Source: Rhynchobatus australiae
Lineage: Eukaryota
Assembly (NCBI GenBank): GCA_034780895.1
Contig: JAUZTB010000073.1
Span: 14,102,485 to 14,166,484 of the forward strand
Length of the DNA stretch: 64,000 nucleotides
Direction: 5' to 3'
The notes below the pieces were generated by a model. That model was not told the origin of the DNA. It saw only the letters and a program-made list of their open reading frames with translations, and searched no databases. A program made the translations under genes and the position numbers. This document shows positions 63,901 through 64,000 of this stretch, piece by piece (the stretch's first letter is position 1; every line of letters begins with the position of its first letter).

Positions 63901-64000
63901 ATTCCTCTTTACCTCCACTGTTAGTTATAGAACTCAAATGCTAAAGGTCTGTGGTTTCCATACTATTTATAATTTTCTGACCTCCTTTCTTGCTGGCTTG

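Noticed and set aside
1-64000. CRISPR arrays, rRNA, bona fide tRNA genes or prokaryote-type systems
   Set aside because: None seen. The window is eukaryotic exon-intron DNA, and tRNA-like pieces belong to degenerate SINE heads.

Overview
This is vertebrate genomic DNA from a gappy draft assembly. The repeat landscape (CR1 and L2 LINE tails, HE1/V-SINE and Deu-SINE-like elements, Penelope-derived hairpins) points to a cartilaginous fish, probably a batoid; that assignment is inference. The window holds the 3' half of one minus-strand gene, IGSF9B (protein turtle homolog B). Eight GT-AG exons can be read and spliced in frame: end of Ig5 (58880-59030), FN3-1 (44762-44873, 32656-32831), FN3-2 (26651 into a gap at 26790, 25361-25445), the transmembrane exon (24776-24937), a 46-bp exon (16318-16363) and the large Pro/Ser-rich cytoplasmic exon (13879-15555). 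Upstream exons were not found and presumably lie beyond 64000. Almost all other ORFs in the track are chance frames, N-gap artefacts or TE fragments. I see no convincing new multi-gene system. The points worth following up are: splice-site features of IGSF9B (a 12-nt tandem donor, a stop codon overlapping a donor, a consensus donor 16 nt into the big exon); a CCAAT/GC-box/ETS cluster with candidate exons of an unidentified downstream transcript; a solo LTR with a 4-bp TSD; two RTE-clade LINE relics; a strong CTCF motif; and several local direct or inverted duplications. Exon numbers follow the human orthologue as I recall it, and repeat boundaries and family names are approximate, by-eye calls.
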